DNA of 63,979 nt, the filler included, from Thelocarpon superellum (taxonomy: Eukaryota), in assembly GCA_026025795.1 (NCBI GenBank). It is 3 parts of 3 records of this genome, joined end to end, with 100 filler letters (N's around TTAATTAATTAA, not from the genome) between each part and the next. Parts side by side here need not be neighbours in the genome. Positions count along the whole stretch, not along the records: positions 1 to 21,588 come from JAPEUG010000309.1; positions 21,689 to 43,233 come from JAPEUG010000310.1; 1 more part is not named here. One strand, 5' to 3'. Shown here piece after piece: positions 14,040 to 25,470 of this stretch. Position numbers and translations under genes: made by a program. Positions within the stretch are counted from its first letter, which is position 1. The number at the start of each line of letters is the position of its first letter. The notes below the pieces were generated by a model, which saw nothing but the letters and a program-made list of their open reading frames with translations, ran no database searches and was not told the DNA's origin.

Positions 14040-14957
14040 CTAAGCAGGAATGGTCAATTTCCACGGCTTCGCAGGGGGAAGGGGGGTGATGGCATCATCG
14101 TCATCCTGCTGCTTCTTCTGTCGAGCGGCCTGCAGGTGGGCATTCGCCGCTGCTTCGCGCGTGCCTTTCGTGGCGGCGCTGAGATTGCTGCCGTGGTCGG
14201 TATCGTTGTTGTCGAGCGACACGGGTCTTGCCACTGCTACCGCTTTGTCCGCGACGGGCGAGGGCGGGCCGGTGGGCGAGACGGAGGTCGAGGGCGAGGT
14301 GGGCACCGTGGACAGCGAGGTGCGGTTTGGCGAGGGCGAGCGGGTCGAGAAAGGCGAGGCGGGCGCGGATGCCGACGGCGACGGAAACGCCGCAGGTGAA
14401 GCTGAAGCAGATGCGGACCGCGACGCCGACGCCGACGTCGACGACGGCTTTGGTACGATCCAGCCCTCTGGGAGCTTCATATCCTCCATGGGGCGATACG
14501 ACACCGGAGGTTCGCATCGGACGATAGACTTTGTGCCGACCGATGTCGGAGAAGAAGAGGAAGAAGCGGCAGCAGAGGCGGCAGAGGCAGCAGTAGAGGG
14601 CCGTGCGACGACGACGGGCCTCCGGACCACGGCCGCGGCCGGGGTCGCAAGCTCCTCCTCGGTGGGGTAGGCAAAGGCGTCGGCGTCGAGATCGAGCGAG
14701 CCATCGACAAAGGTCATGTCAATGGAAGGGGGCGTCGTGTCGATTCGTGCTGGAGGGCGCAGGGCCTCGCGGAGGGAGGGGGTCATGACAGGGCGCACGG
14801 GTCGGATGTCGCTCTCGGGGAGGCACCATGCGCGTGGGGGATTATGTGTCGGCCGGCTGGCGTCGTACGGGACTTCTCCGTCCACTTCGACCTGGTATTG
14901 CTTGTATGGCGAGTCGTCCACGAAGAGGTTGAAGATGTGGGGGATTAGTGCGCACAT
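14040..14957 (-). CDS. Hypothetical Ser/Pro/Ala-rich protein (~305 aa), family not recognised
   Basis: Uninterrupted ORF from ATG at 14957 in an AAAATG context, C/G-ending codons, TATATAAA on the - strand at ~15380-15387. Confidence 0.55.
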   Translation of the reverse strand: MCALIPHIFNLFVDDSPYKQYQVEVDGEVPYDASRPTHNPPRAWCLPESDIRPVRPVMTPSLREALRPPARIDTTPPSIDMTFVDGSLDLDADAFAYPTEEELATPAAAVVRRPVVVARPSTAASAASAAASSSSSPTSVGTKSIVRCEPPVSYRPMEDMKLPEGWIVPKPSSTSASASRSASASASPAAFPSPSASAPASPFSTRSPSPNRTSLSTVPTSPSTSVSPTGPPSPVADKAVAVARPVSLDNNDTDHGSNLSAATKGTREAAANAHLQAARQKKQQDDDDAITPLPPAKPWKLTIPA

Positions 14958-16256
14958 TTTGGAGGACTTGGTTGAATTTTGGATGGTAAGTAGGTTGGAA
15001 TGACTGGGTTGTTGTGGGGAGCAGGGTGATGGAGAACGGGTTGGATGATGAGGATGGGGACAGGGCATTCAACGTCGATCGAACGAGGAGATGATGATGC
15101 AGAGTGAGGAATGGCGAATTCAAAGATCGGTTGAACGACGGGATGATACTGGTGACGGAGGATTCGGCAGTCCACGCCGGGTTGAATGGCGAGAGGTCAA
15201 CGATACTGGAGGACAGTGGGATTCGAGCCTGTCTGAGCGGCGAGATGATACTGACGATCGGAAACAGGGGGGATCAGGATTGGCAAGTCAGCGAGTCGAG
15301 GGGTTTCAACATGAGGACGACGAACAGCTCGGGACTGTAACCGGTGAGGATGAGCGAAGCAGACGGGCAGACAAGCCACTTTATATAGAGACGGCGGGAG
15401 AGCGGGGTGGGCCAAAAGCATCATTTCATGAGACTGATCATGTGTCCATCTTGATTCCAATGCGGGGGCCCGCCAAACCCAAGGCGACCGAAACCGAACA
15501 TGATCTGGGGAGACGAGGAGGGGAATCCGTCCGCCTCGCCAGCCTTCCGGAGCTCCAAACTGCGGCTGTTCGGTTCGATATATCCTCAATCCACCGGGAA
15601 CCTTTGCGTCATTCCGGATCATCCTGAAGTTATCCTGGCCGCGAACAACACACTAGTCAGTACCTTGATGGCCCCCGGACCCCATTTCCAGTGTGACTGC
15701 ACCGTTTTCGCGACGTATCCATTCATGTTCGCGCACTTAGCGGGGACCGATGTGGGGCGACCGTTGAGATTGGTGTTGAGCGGGCCCAGCCCGTTGTCAA
15801 CCGCCCCAGGCTGGATCGTAATCATTGCCGCGGTCGTCTGTGAGCCGTTGGGGCCTCTGATGAATTCGGACGTGGAGACATGTGAGTCACAGAATTCGCA
15901 TCGCTTCTCCATGAGAGGGAAGAAATGTACAGAGGCATGTGGGCGTGAGGAATCCCTCCAAGAACCTCAATATTCTCCAAGTCAGTGTGACAGGTGAAAG
16001 AACAAGGGGTGGTGAAGTCTGTTTTTCGATTTCTATTACAACCATTGCAGATTCAAAATCAAAAGGCAACGAAAACAGTAAAGACGTCCTTCAAATGCAT
16101 GCATGCGGTAGGGTCACGCCATTCTTATACTACAGGTCTTGGGCTATCGTAGACAATCTAGCTGGCACAAGTGTAGAGCGATGAGCAGGGGTGGATGTAG
16201 CGGGGCGCTGGCGGAATGGACGGATTGGAGGTTGAAAGGGCGAGCGAAAGCGGGGA

Positions 16257-18497
16257 TCATAGCTCGTCATGCGCATCCGGCTCATCGTCATCCTCGGCAC
16301 CCGCGCCCGGGCCTCCAGCGCCATAGAGCTTGCTGGTGATGGGATAGGCCACGTTGCTAAGCTTCTCTTTTTGTTCCTCAAAGTCTTCCGATGCTGCCGT
16401 CGCCGCGTTCTCTTCGAGCCAGTCCATGGTCTCCTTGACGGCCTCGAGGAGCTGCACCGGTTAGCCTCGGGCATCATTGAGTTCGCATGCATACGTACCG
16501 AGTCCTTCTCGTCCTCGTCGATCTTGCCACCCAATCCGTCGTCGTCATTGACTTGATTCTTCAGGCTGAACGCGTAGTTTTCCAGTCCATTGCGAGCCTC
16601 AATCTTCTCGCGCGTGGCCTTGTCTTCCTCTTGGAACTTCTCGGCTTCCGCCACCATGCGCTCAATCTCCTCGGGAGACAGGCGGCCCTTGTCGTTGGTG
16701 ATGGTGATGGATTCCGACTTGCCGCCGCCCTTATCGCCGGCCGTGACCTTGAGAAGACCGTTGGCGTCGAGGTCAAAGGATACCTCGATCTGAGGAACGC
16801 CTCGAGGCGCCGGCGGGATGCCGGTGAGCTCGAATTTGCCGAGAAGGTTGTTGTCCTTGGTCATCGAACGCTCGCCCTCGACTATGATCTCGTCAGCAAT
16901 GGTCACGCCACGAAGAGAAGATGAACCTACAAACTTGAATCAACACCACCGGCTGGTTGTCTGCGGCCGTGGAGAAGATCTGGCTCTTGTGGGTGGGGAT
17001 GATGGTGTTGCGGGGGATCAACTTGGTCATGACACCGCCCGTCGTCTCGATACCGAGCGTCAAGGGGTTCACGTCCATGAGCACGACACCGCTCGCAGCC
17101 TCCTCGCCCGACAGGACGCCACCCTGAACGGCGGCGCCGAACGCGACGGCTTCATCGGGGTTGATACCCTTGCTGGCCTGCTTGCCACCAAAGTACTCCT
17201 CGAGAAGAGACTGCACCTTGGGGATGCGCGTGGAGCCACCAACCAGGACGATGTCGTCGATCTCGCTCTTCTTGACCTTGGCGTCCTTGAGCACCTGCTC
17301 CACCGGCTTGAGCGTCTTCTTGAAGAGGTCCATGTTGAGTTCCTCGAACTTGGCCCGCGTGAGCGTCTCGGAGAAGTCCTTGCCCTCGTGGAAGGCTTCG
17401 ATTTCGATCCGGGTCGACATTTGCGACGACAGCGTGCGCTTGGCTTTTTCCACCTCCCGCTTCAGTTTGCCCATCGTCTTCAGGTCCTTGGTGATGTCGA
17501 CGTCGTTCTTCTTGTTGTACTGCTTCGCCAGATGGGTGATGACCCGTTGATCAAAGTCCTCACCACCTAGATGGGTGTCACCGGACGTGGCCAGCACCTC
17601 AAAGACGCCGTCATCGATCGAGAGGAGCGAGACATCAAAAGTACCACCACCCAGATCGTACACGATGATCTGTCGCTCGGCTCCGACCTTGTCCAGTCCG
17701 TAGGCGATCGCGGCCGCCGTGGGTTCGTTGACGATCCGTAGGACATTGAGACCGGCGATGACACCTGCGTCGCGGGTGGCTTGCTTCTGCCCATCGTTGA
17801 AGTAGGCCGGGACGGTGACGACGGCGTGGGTGACCTTCTTTCCCAAGTAGCTCTCGGCAATGTCCTTCATTTTCCCAAGAATCATGGCGGAGATTTCCTC
17901 AGGCGTAAAGGTCCGGGACGACCCCGAGACGTCTACCTCGACCGATGGCTTGCCTTCCTTCTTAACTACGTTGAACGGGAAATGCTTCATGTCGCTCTGC
18001 ACATCCTTGTCGGCGAACTTGCGACCGATGAGCCGTCTAGGGAACATGGTCAGTCTCCGGCCTCTTGGCTAGCCCCGTACATGGATCCAACGTACTTGAC
18101 ATCGAAGATGGTCCGTTTAGGGTTGGCGGCGGCTTGATTCTTTGCCGCGTCGCCGACCAATCGTTCTTCGTCGGTGAAGGCGACATAGGAGGGTGTAATT
18201 CGGTTTCCCTGATCGTTGACGAGAATTTCGACTTTACCGTTCTGCATCACGCCGACGCAGGAGTAGGTGGTGCCCAGATCAATACCAATCACTAATCGCG
18301 AGGTGAGCCCATGCGCCGATGTCGCTCTCGTCTCCGTCCATCTTACCTGAGCCATAATTTTCCGCCTTGTCTTGGAGCGGGGCTTGATCATCTGCGTGGG
18401 CCGTGCCCAGAAACGCCAAAGGTGCCACGAAGATTAACAAGAGATAGAGCACCGTTGACCAGGCGGCTGGTGAGCCTGATCGCGAGTGGCGCGCCAT
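16257..18497 (-). CDS. KAR2: ER Hsp70 chaperone BiP, multi-exon
   Basis: Signal peptide, [44 protein letters not shown]-terminal HDEL. Confidence 0.98.
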
Positions 18498-18861
18498 GAC
18501 CAAGGGAAGGGGGAGGTCTCGTCAATACCGGATGAGACGTGTGGGTGGAGGGGAGGTATTATGACCGAGCGAGGGCGACCACGGTCAAGGAGCTCCGAAG
18601 CGTGCCTTGACTCGGACAAGAAGAATCGAAGGAAAGGGGACCACGGATGGGTGAGCACGAGGGGGTGGATGGGCGTCAAGAAAAGTCCGGCCATGAGCGT
18701 CGACAGTGTTCCTTTTAGTCCGGCATGCCAAGCGAACAGGGTGGCCTTTTCCGGGCAAGGTGTCCTCACTCCAGCTGTCTTCATCGCTCCGCCAATCAAG
18801 TCTCGAGGGCCTAAGCGGCAGGTCTGAGCTTATTTCAAGAGCCGCGATCGCCTGAAGATGC

Positions 18862-18879
18862 CGACACGCATGTGTGTCG
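18862..18879. promoter_or_regulatory. Near-palindromic candidate unfolded-protein-response element upstream of KAR2
   Basis: CGACACGCA-TGTGTGTCG (8/9 inverted match); the - strand reads GCGTGTCG, like the core of the yeast KAR2 UPRE. Confidence 0.4.
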
Positions 18880-19424
18880 TGCGCCACCGCTGTTCCCTAC
18901 TGGTCGCCACCCTCCGCATAACGATCATAGTATGATTTGCAGGATGAGTCGGGGGTCATCGGACCGCTCACTATGCCCCGTGCTGAAATGGGCAATCCCG
19001 TAGAGACGGCTGTCGTGAGTCAGATTCAAAAGGATACGTGTTGCGACCGGAGGCTCCGCGCAAACCCTACTGCGCACTGCACTTCGCATTGCGTGCCTGG
19101 AACTGCTACTTCTGTGCAACTTCCGGCAGGCAACCTCTTCACGTGCCATCTTCGCTGCCCATCGCCGTCCCGCCGTAGCGCTTGGTTCTAGGCGACTTTG
19201 GGCGGTGACCTCACTCTCGGACAGCACATCTTCAGGAGACTTTGACTCGCCGAGCCTGTGCCTGTCAGCTTCATTCGGCGTCGACCCACCCACCTCACAT
19301 CCCACTTGCACCGCCTTCCAGTCCCCACGTAAAGTGCCCATGAAATCACCCTGTCGGCGCTGGTGATCTCGTGGTGCTTGTGGCATCCTGTAAGACAGTG
19401 CAAATTGAGTTTATATATTTGAAC

Positions 19425-21588
19425 ATGTCGCGCCACCGTATCGTCAAGGGCCTTGACTTGGCCGACGAGTTGAATGATTTTGACGGCGGTGATGTCTACG
19501 ATGACGATACCGAGGTTGACGAGGGTACGTACAAGTGGATACCCTTTTCTAGGTCTGCGAGGTCCGCCTTTCGTTAACACGGACCTAGGTACTCCGATGA
19601 GTGACAGCGACAGAGGTTGGATCATCGAATAACTGATAAAGATTTGCCTCTGATGACCTTCATCCCTAGCGAAATTGCAGACATCCACCGCAACAGTCCG
19701 ACTACTTCTCGAGCCCGATCTCGCCGACCTTCCCCGCAAAGAAATAGAAGAGACACTCTGGTATTATTATTTCGACGTGGATCAATCGGTCACGTGGCTT
19801 CGAAGTATGGAATGCAACCTCTCTTGTATTTATCCAAGTCTTTCCAGCTGATATTTGGTAGAAAAACATTCGAGCAGTGCCAAGGCCAAGCCCTCCAAGG
19901 ATAGGACGACTACGGTTCCAAAGAAGAGGGGAGTCGAGGCTTTACCTAGAAAGAAACCAGGTAGGGCTATCCGTTTTCTTCAGCATCCCGAACATACCCA
20001 ACGCCAAACCCGACCCCACACCGTCTTTCAAGGTCCACGGCTTGGATGTGTCAATGGTGCGTTCACGTCTCAGCGGCTCTAGGATACAACTGAGACGACG
20101 TCGAAACTGACGGGTGCCTCATCAAGCCTCCCCACCTGTCCGTGTGCCTGCACCATCACCCTGCACAGCATTCTCCGCCGCCGACTTCTTCCAGGACTCA
20201 CCATGGTTCAACATCCCGCTGGCATGTCGAGGCGAGCTTATCTCTGAGCCCCTCTGCCCCCACGGTGGACTCCTTGGTGGTTCTTCATCTGGATCCAAGT
20301 CCACCAAGCCATCCAAACTCGCCGCCCTTGCCGAAGCCCGGAAGAAGAAGGACGAAGAGAAGAAGACCAGAGTCGATAAGGAGAATGCACCCCCGGCGAG
20401 ACGATCGGGCAACTCGATTTCATCGTTGCAGAAACTCCACGTCTCGCGGACGTCGACCATCCCTTCCACCGACTCGTGCTCGCTCCATCCCAGTGGTGAC
20501 GGTACGAATACGTCCGTGTCGGCGTCCACTCTCTCGCTTAGCGGAGCAGACCGCCGCGAGAGCAATCCTCTCCCGAATCCATCACGTCTGGTACCCCCCG
20601 GCCACCGTAGCTATGACCACTCGTCTGAACCACCCGACCAGACCGACCAGACCGACACACTTCAGTCGGCTCCATCGTCATTTGCAAGCGCCATCTTCGG
20701 CCGCAACCACCACCACCACTACCTCCCTTCATCAAGGACCATTCCTCCATCTTTATCACCGTTGACGCTGTCAGCTACTACGCCCCAACCTGACCTTTCT
20801 AACGCATTCACAGAGCCGAGTCCCGACGATGTTGTCCTTGCTGCTCAGGCAGCCAAAGGTGAGATTCGACCACCTCGACCATAGCGAGCCGAGTCAGCTA
20901 AAGCATAGGGTGATTAGACATCAAGTCCGCGACTGCTCATACTGGCACGGACCATGCTGTCAACGGTACCGCCGAGCAACTTCGCCAGACCACTCTCAAG
21001 GAGCCAACCCAAGTGAAGAGCAAGCATCTCGATGTCGTGGCCGAGTACCGGAAGACGAAGCGGAAGTCAAGAGCCAGCTTCGTCGTCATTGGTATGCCGG
21101 CGCACGTCGCCGAGCTTGAAACCTGGGCTGATGATATCCAGGACACGTCGACCATGGCAAAAGCACTCTCATGGGGCGGCTCCTCTACGACCTGAAAGTC
21201 GTTGACGCGCGAACGATCGAAAGATATCGGAAAGAGGCAGAGAAGGTGGGGAAGTCGTCCTTTGCCCTTGCCTGGGTACTCGACCAAACGAGCGAGGAAC
21301 GGAACCGCGGTGTCACCATGGACGTCGCAATGAACAAGTTCGAGACCGAGAAGACCAAGTTCACCATTCTTGACGCCCCTGGTCATCGCGACTTCATTCC
21401 CAACATGATTGCTGGCGCCAGTCAGGCCGACTTTGCTGTGCTTGTCATCGACGCGGGTCCGAATGCCTTCGAGTCCGGCTTGAAAGGTCAGACCCGGGAG
21501 CATGCCTTACTCGTGCGAAGTATGGGGGTACCACGGGTCATTGTTGCCATCAATAAGATGGATACGGTAAGACTGCCCGGACAGCCGA
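19425..21588 (+). CDS. HBS1: HBS1/SKI7-like translational GTPase, 3' part missing at the sequence break
   Basis: MSRHR N-terminus, [16 protein letters not shown] (HBS1_N), PSPDDVV motif, [46 protein letters not shown]. Confidence 0.93.
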
Positions 21589-21688
21589 NNNNNNNNNNNN
21601 NNNNNNNNNNNNNNNNNNNNNNNNNNNNNNNNTTAATTAATTAANNNNNNNNNNNNNNNNNNNNNNNNNNNNNNNNNNNNNNNNNNNN
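21589..21688. other. Artificial contig/scaffold spacer (44 N + TTAATTAATTAA + 44 N)
   Basis: The 12-mer puts stops in all six frames; an identical structure is at 43234-43333. Confidence 0.97.
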
Positions 21689-22403
21689 CCTGGTCCGTCT
21701 TCCGTCGCGTGCCTCCGCTCTTCCGACGACCCTCGCTTTGCCCGAGCGGGCCAGCGCTCTTCCTCCGTCGCTCATCGCCGTCGCCAGAGATGGGAGAGCT
21801 GCCACTTTGAAAGGGATTGTCGTCGCTGAAGACGCTCTCATCGCCGGCAGGCGTGGCATCCTCTGGCTCGGGCTCCTCGACTTTGACCGCTGGGGTCACC
21901 TCACTCCTGCGGACCTTCTTTGCGGCCGGCCGCACGGGGGTCGCGTCTGACGGAGACTCAGTGTCTGATACTCGTGACGGCTTGACCGAGCTGCGACGAC
22001 CGGGGGTTTTCTTGGGCGTCGTCTGCGGAAGGTCATCGCTTTCCGGCGTCTCGGTGGTGGGTCGGCTGCTCTCTCGCGGCGTCTTCTTGCGGGGACTTCG
22101 TGGGCGGGCGGGCGGTGGCATCAAGTGAGGGTCTGGCGTCCCGTTGGCGGCCTCGTCTGGGCCGGGATCGGCATCGGTGATGCCCTTGCTGGTGCGCTTG
22201 GTGCGAGAGCGGGCACCCAGGATCTTCCGGGCCTGTGGAACGACATCGTGGTTGAAGATCTCGATGAGTTGCGGCTTCTTGGCTGACGAGGGATAGTTGA
22301 TGTCGTGCGACACGAGGATCAGGCGCAGCCGCGCGACCGTGAGTGTCGACGGGTCGAAGTCGGGCAGGAGGTAATCCAGCTCGGGATCATGCGCGGCGGC
22401 CAT
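21689..22403 (-). CDS. SRC1: Inner nuclear membrane LEM/HeH protein (Src1/Heh1/Man1), 5' part only
   Basis: DYLLPDFDPSTLTVARLRLILVSHDINYPSSAKKPQLIEIF (HeH domain), SVFSDDNPFQSGSSP, basic NLS-like patches; runs into the gap. Confidence 0.88.
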
Positions 22404-22416
22404 GATGGCATGCGAC

Positions 22417-22446
22417 GCGGAAGCGGAAGCGGAAGCGGAAGCGGAA
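22417..22446. repeat. (GCGGAA)x5 hexamer repeat just upstream of the SRC1 start codon
   Basis: Directly visible. Confidence 0.85.
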
Positions 22447-23019
22447 TCGCGGGACGTGGTGGAGGGTCAGGTCGGGTGGCGACTCACGAAAGGCAACCGA
22501 GACGCGATGAACACGAGACCAGTCACGCCGCAGGCATCCACTGATAAGGCCCGAGTGAGGTTGCTCGTCACACGCGTGTAATGGCAAGCTATGCACGCGA
22601 GTCGCGACGCATCGAATCGAATCGGTGGACAATCGATGAGCGAGCTCGGGTGAAGATGAAGGAGAGCTGACGGAGCGCTGGGCGTGTGGGGATGGCGATG
22701 TTGTGGTTGGGGTCGTGGATCGTGTGGCGGATCAACAATGTTCGATGTCGCCTGCGCCTCCGCCAGCGCCGGCTTGTTACCTGATCGGGATAGCGTGATT
22801 CAACCAGCTGTTTGACAAGGCTGCAAAATGACTCCGACGGTGGCGAATCTGCTCGATCAACGTCCCTCCCTGCCAGCGCCACAGCAGGGTAAGTCCAACA
22901 CGACACATAGGAAGCTCGGCTGCGAGATCCTTGGGAGAAACCAAACCCTCTCATACCCGGCAGAATGACCGGCCTGTGTCCTATCTATCCTCCACCTAGC
23001 TAACATTACTAATGTTAGC

Positions 23020-23379
23020 CATTCATTACCGGTCATTGGAGCAATGTCACGTGATGCTTCGACGTCACCTTTGCGGTACATGCGTGACGGTCCGAGACTT
23101 CTGCTACCAAGCTACAACAAGCTCGTCTACTTCCACCATGACCCCGACAGCCTCTTCCATCTCCACTACGGCCACGATGAGGTTCACTAGCTTGACAAGA
23201 ACTATTAGCAGGTGTAGTACACCTGCTAGTACTACAATCTCGAGGACGGCAGCATCAAAGCCCGCGACGACTCCAAGTACTTCATCGTTGAGGACCACGT
23301 TGAAGATTCCAGGCAGGGTTTCCTCTGGGATTCAGCGTATTCGATTGATCAGCTTGGAGGGTGGAAGATAACGAATTAA
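23020..23379 (+). pseudogene. Decayed coding relic with four in-frame TAG stops (RIP-like)
   Basis: Frame LLPSYNKLVYFHHDPDSLFHLHYGHDEVH*LDKNY*QV*YTC*YYNLEDGSIKARDDSKYFIVEDH... with strong C/G third-position bias; TAG at 23188, 23206, 23215, 23227. Confidence 0.55.
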
Positions 23380-23568
23380 GCTATCTGCAGCATAACGCTT
23401 TCATAGTCATCTCGGCAAGTGAGTTGGCTAGTAATTATTATGTAAAAACTGCACGTGAGCAACCGGAATCCACCACAACGTCCAGCACCTTCATGTACCC
23501 TGCCAGCGTCTGTCGGTTCATCACTTCCGCCGGCTCTGCCCACTTGGATCGCGAGAACTTGGACCGGA

Positions 23569-24667
23569 TTACTTGGCTTCTGGGGATCGCATCGAAGCGA
23601 TGATTTGCTCCACGCCCGCGAAACTGAGTTCTTGAAGCGTCTCGGTCCAGATCGGGTCTGTCAAGGCCTTGCCGTCGGTGTAGAACCAACAAGCGAGTCT
23701 GAGGATCGCAGGAAAGCGTCAGCAGTATGTCCCACGACACGGGCACTAGAAGGACGCGGACATACGGGGCAATCGTGCAGTTCATCAGGAAGCAGCCGTG
23801 GGACTCCTTGCCGTGTCCCAGAACGGCGTCGATGTAGGTGGCCGCGCCGCGGTCCACGGGCCTTCCCGCCAGGGAGAAGAACAGCTTGGCGGCCACAGCG
23901 GTGGCCCCCTTGGCATCGCGTGCCAGGCTCGTGCCTTTGGTGAGCCCCGGGTCAACCATGTTGATGATGACATCGTCGGGGTTGACCTTCTCTGCCAGCT
24001 CGACGATGAACAACTGGCACAGCAACTTGGACACCCCGTATCTCTCCTCCGCACTCCATGGGGTGACGGCCGTGTCGTCAAAGGATGCCAAAAGGGGTCG
24101 TCTGCCTTTGTTGGGAAACTTGCACAGATGGGACGTGACAGAGTTGATGAGGGTGAGTCGTGGCGGACGCCGGCCCGTCGACTTGCTCTTCAAGACCGGA
24201 AGCAAGAGAAGCGTCAGCAACACCGTACTGAAGTAATTGACCTGGATGGCAGTCTCGTGTCCCGTGGCCGGGACCGTCACGAATTTCATGAGGGAGAGGC
24301 CAGCATTCAGGATGACCATGTCGATGCGCGAGAGGGTGCCCTGGCATTTGCGAACAAAGGCCTGAATCGAGTCGTATGATTCCATGTCCAGCTCCCACAC
24401 CTCGATCTTGGCGGACGGATTCGCCGCACGAAGCTTGGTGGCCGCTGCGTCGCCTCGCTCGAGCGACCGCACGCCCATCACCAAATGCGACAGACCGAGA
24501 GACAGGAGCTGCCGGGCCGACTCAAGCCCAAGACCGGTATTGGAGCCCGTCACGATGGCGCATTGGCCCTCCACGTTCGGATACCTCTCCTTGGTGGGCA
24601 GCTCGATCTTGGTCCGGAACTGGTTCTGGAAGAAGACCGGGCCGAAGTTTCCGGGGAGAGGGGCCAT
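23569..24667 (-). CDS. Short-chain dehydrogenase/reductase (retinol dehydrogenase/WWOX-like), 2 exons
   Basis: AIVTGSNTGLGLESARQ (TGxxxGxG), ILNAG, YGVSKL (YxxxK), VDPGLT; intron near 23699-23766; last exon ...IWTETLQELSF...AK-stop. Confidence 0.9.
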
Positions 24668-25470
24668 GTCTCTGGAGGGTACCGGCTGTGTGTTGGCCGC
24701 CTGGTCCTGACCACCATTGTGCTGTGAGGGCATCTTTGCGTCGTACGAAGAGAGGCTCTCCGCAATAGCTCAGGTTTGCGAGTAGTAGTAATGAGGGCGA
24801 CGAAGACTGGGGCACTGGAAGAAATGTTGAGTTCAGTGGCAGACATGTCATCCCAAGGCCCAAGGTGGAAGGCGGGAAGGGGTGACGGCAGTCCCTTTAT
24901 ATGATGTCGACCCTGCATATTTTCGTGTCTAATCCCAAGGTCTGCCTGTTCCTCTGTCAAAGCGATTCCAATAGGTCATAGTATGAGTAACATACTCGTA
25001 TGTTGGTTGACGCAGCTGATAGCTCCGATAGTCCCAGCGAAGGCTAGTCCGAATGAGGACATCTCGACTGTCTTGGCATTTCTGGAAGCTAGTCCTGATA
25101 AGGACTCGCAGCAAACCTAAGCGAACTCCCTCCGCGGCCATGACATGTTGAGGGGCCCCGGTGTTTTCGTTCCTTTCCTTGGACAAATGGGCCTGGCCGA
25201 ATAGTCCCGACGACCCTGGTTCTACGAGAGCTAAGGTAGCTGTATTCAAGTCCGGGAAACTGTCAAGCCAGCCCGTAACAGGATCTCTCACATGTCTTGG
25301 CAAACCCGTGGTCCTACGTTCGTGCCGCGTCTATAGCTCCACGGCAATGGGTCTCGGGCAACCTCTTCCATTGTCATCCAGACTCACCGCGAGGGACCTG
25401 ATATCCTCTCGCTCTCTCTCCTGTCTCGCCTGCGCTGCCGATCCCAGAAGACCCTGCCCCCGGTGGCGCA

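Noticed and set aside
15619..15912. 97-aa ATG-initiated ORF downstream of KAR2
   Set aside because: No recognisable motif, splice structure or convincing codon bias.
16880..16935. Apparent frameshift in KAR2
   Set aside because: A canonical GTAGGT...CATAG intron restores IQVFEGER.
16487..17570. Long + strand ORFs antisense to KAR2
   Set aside because: Well-known antisense open frame of Hsp70 genes, often mis-annotated as NAD-glutamate dehydrogenase.
21633..21644. TTAATTAATTAA as a biological motif (piggyBac TTAA or PacI site)
   Set aside because: Centred in N runs and repeated identically at 43278-43289; assembly linker.
23161..23230. TAG reassignment or readthrough as an explanation for the in-frame stops
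   Set aside because: TAG terminates normal genes in this window (CCT5, LSB5, TF gene); RIP or decay is simpler.
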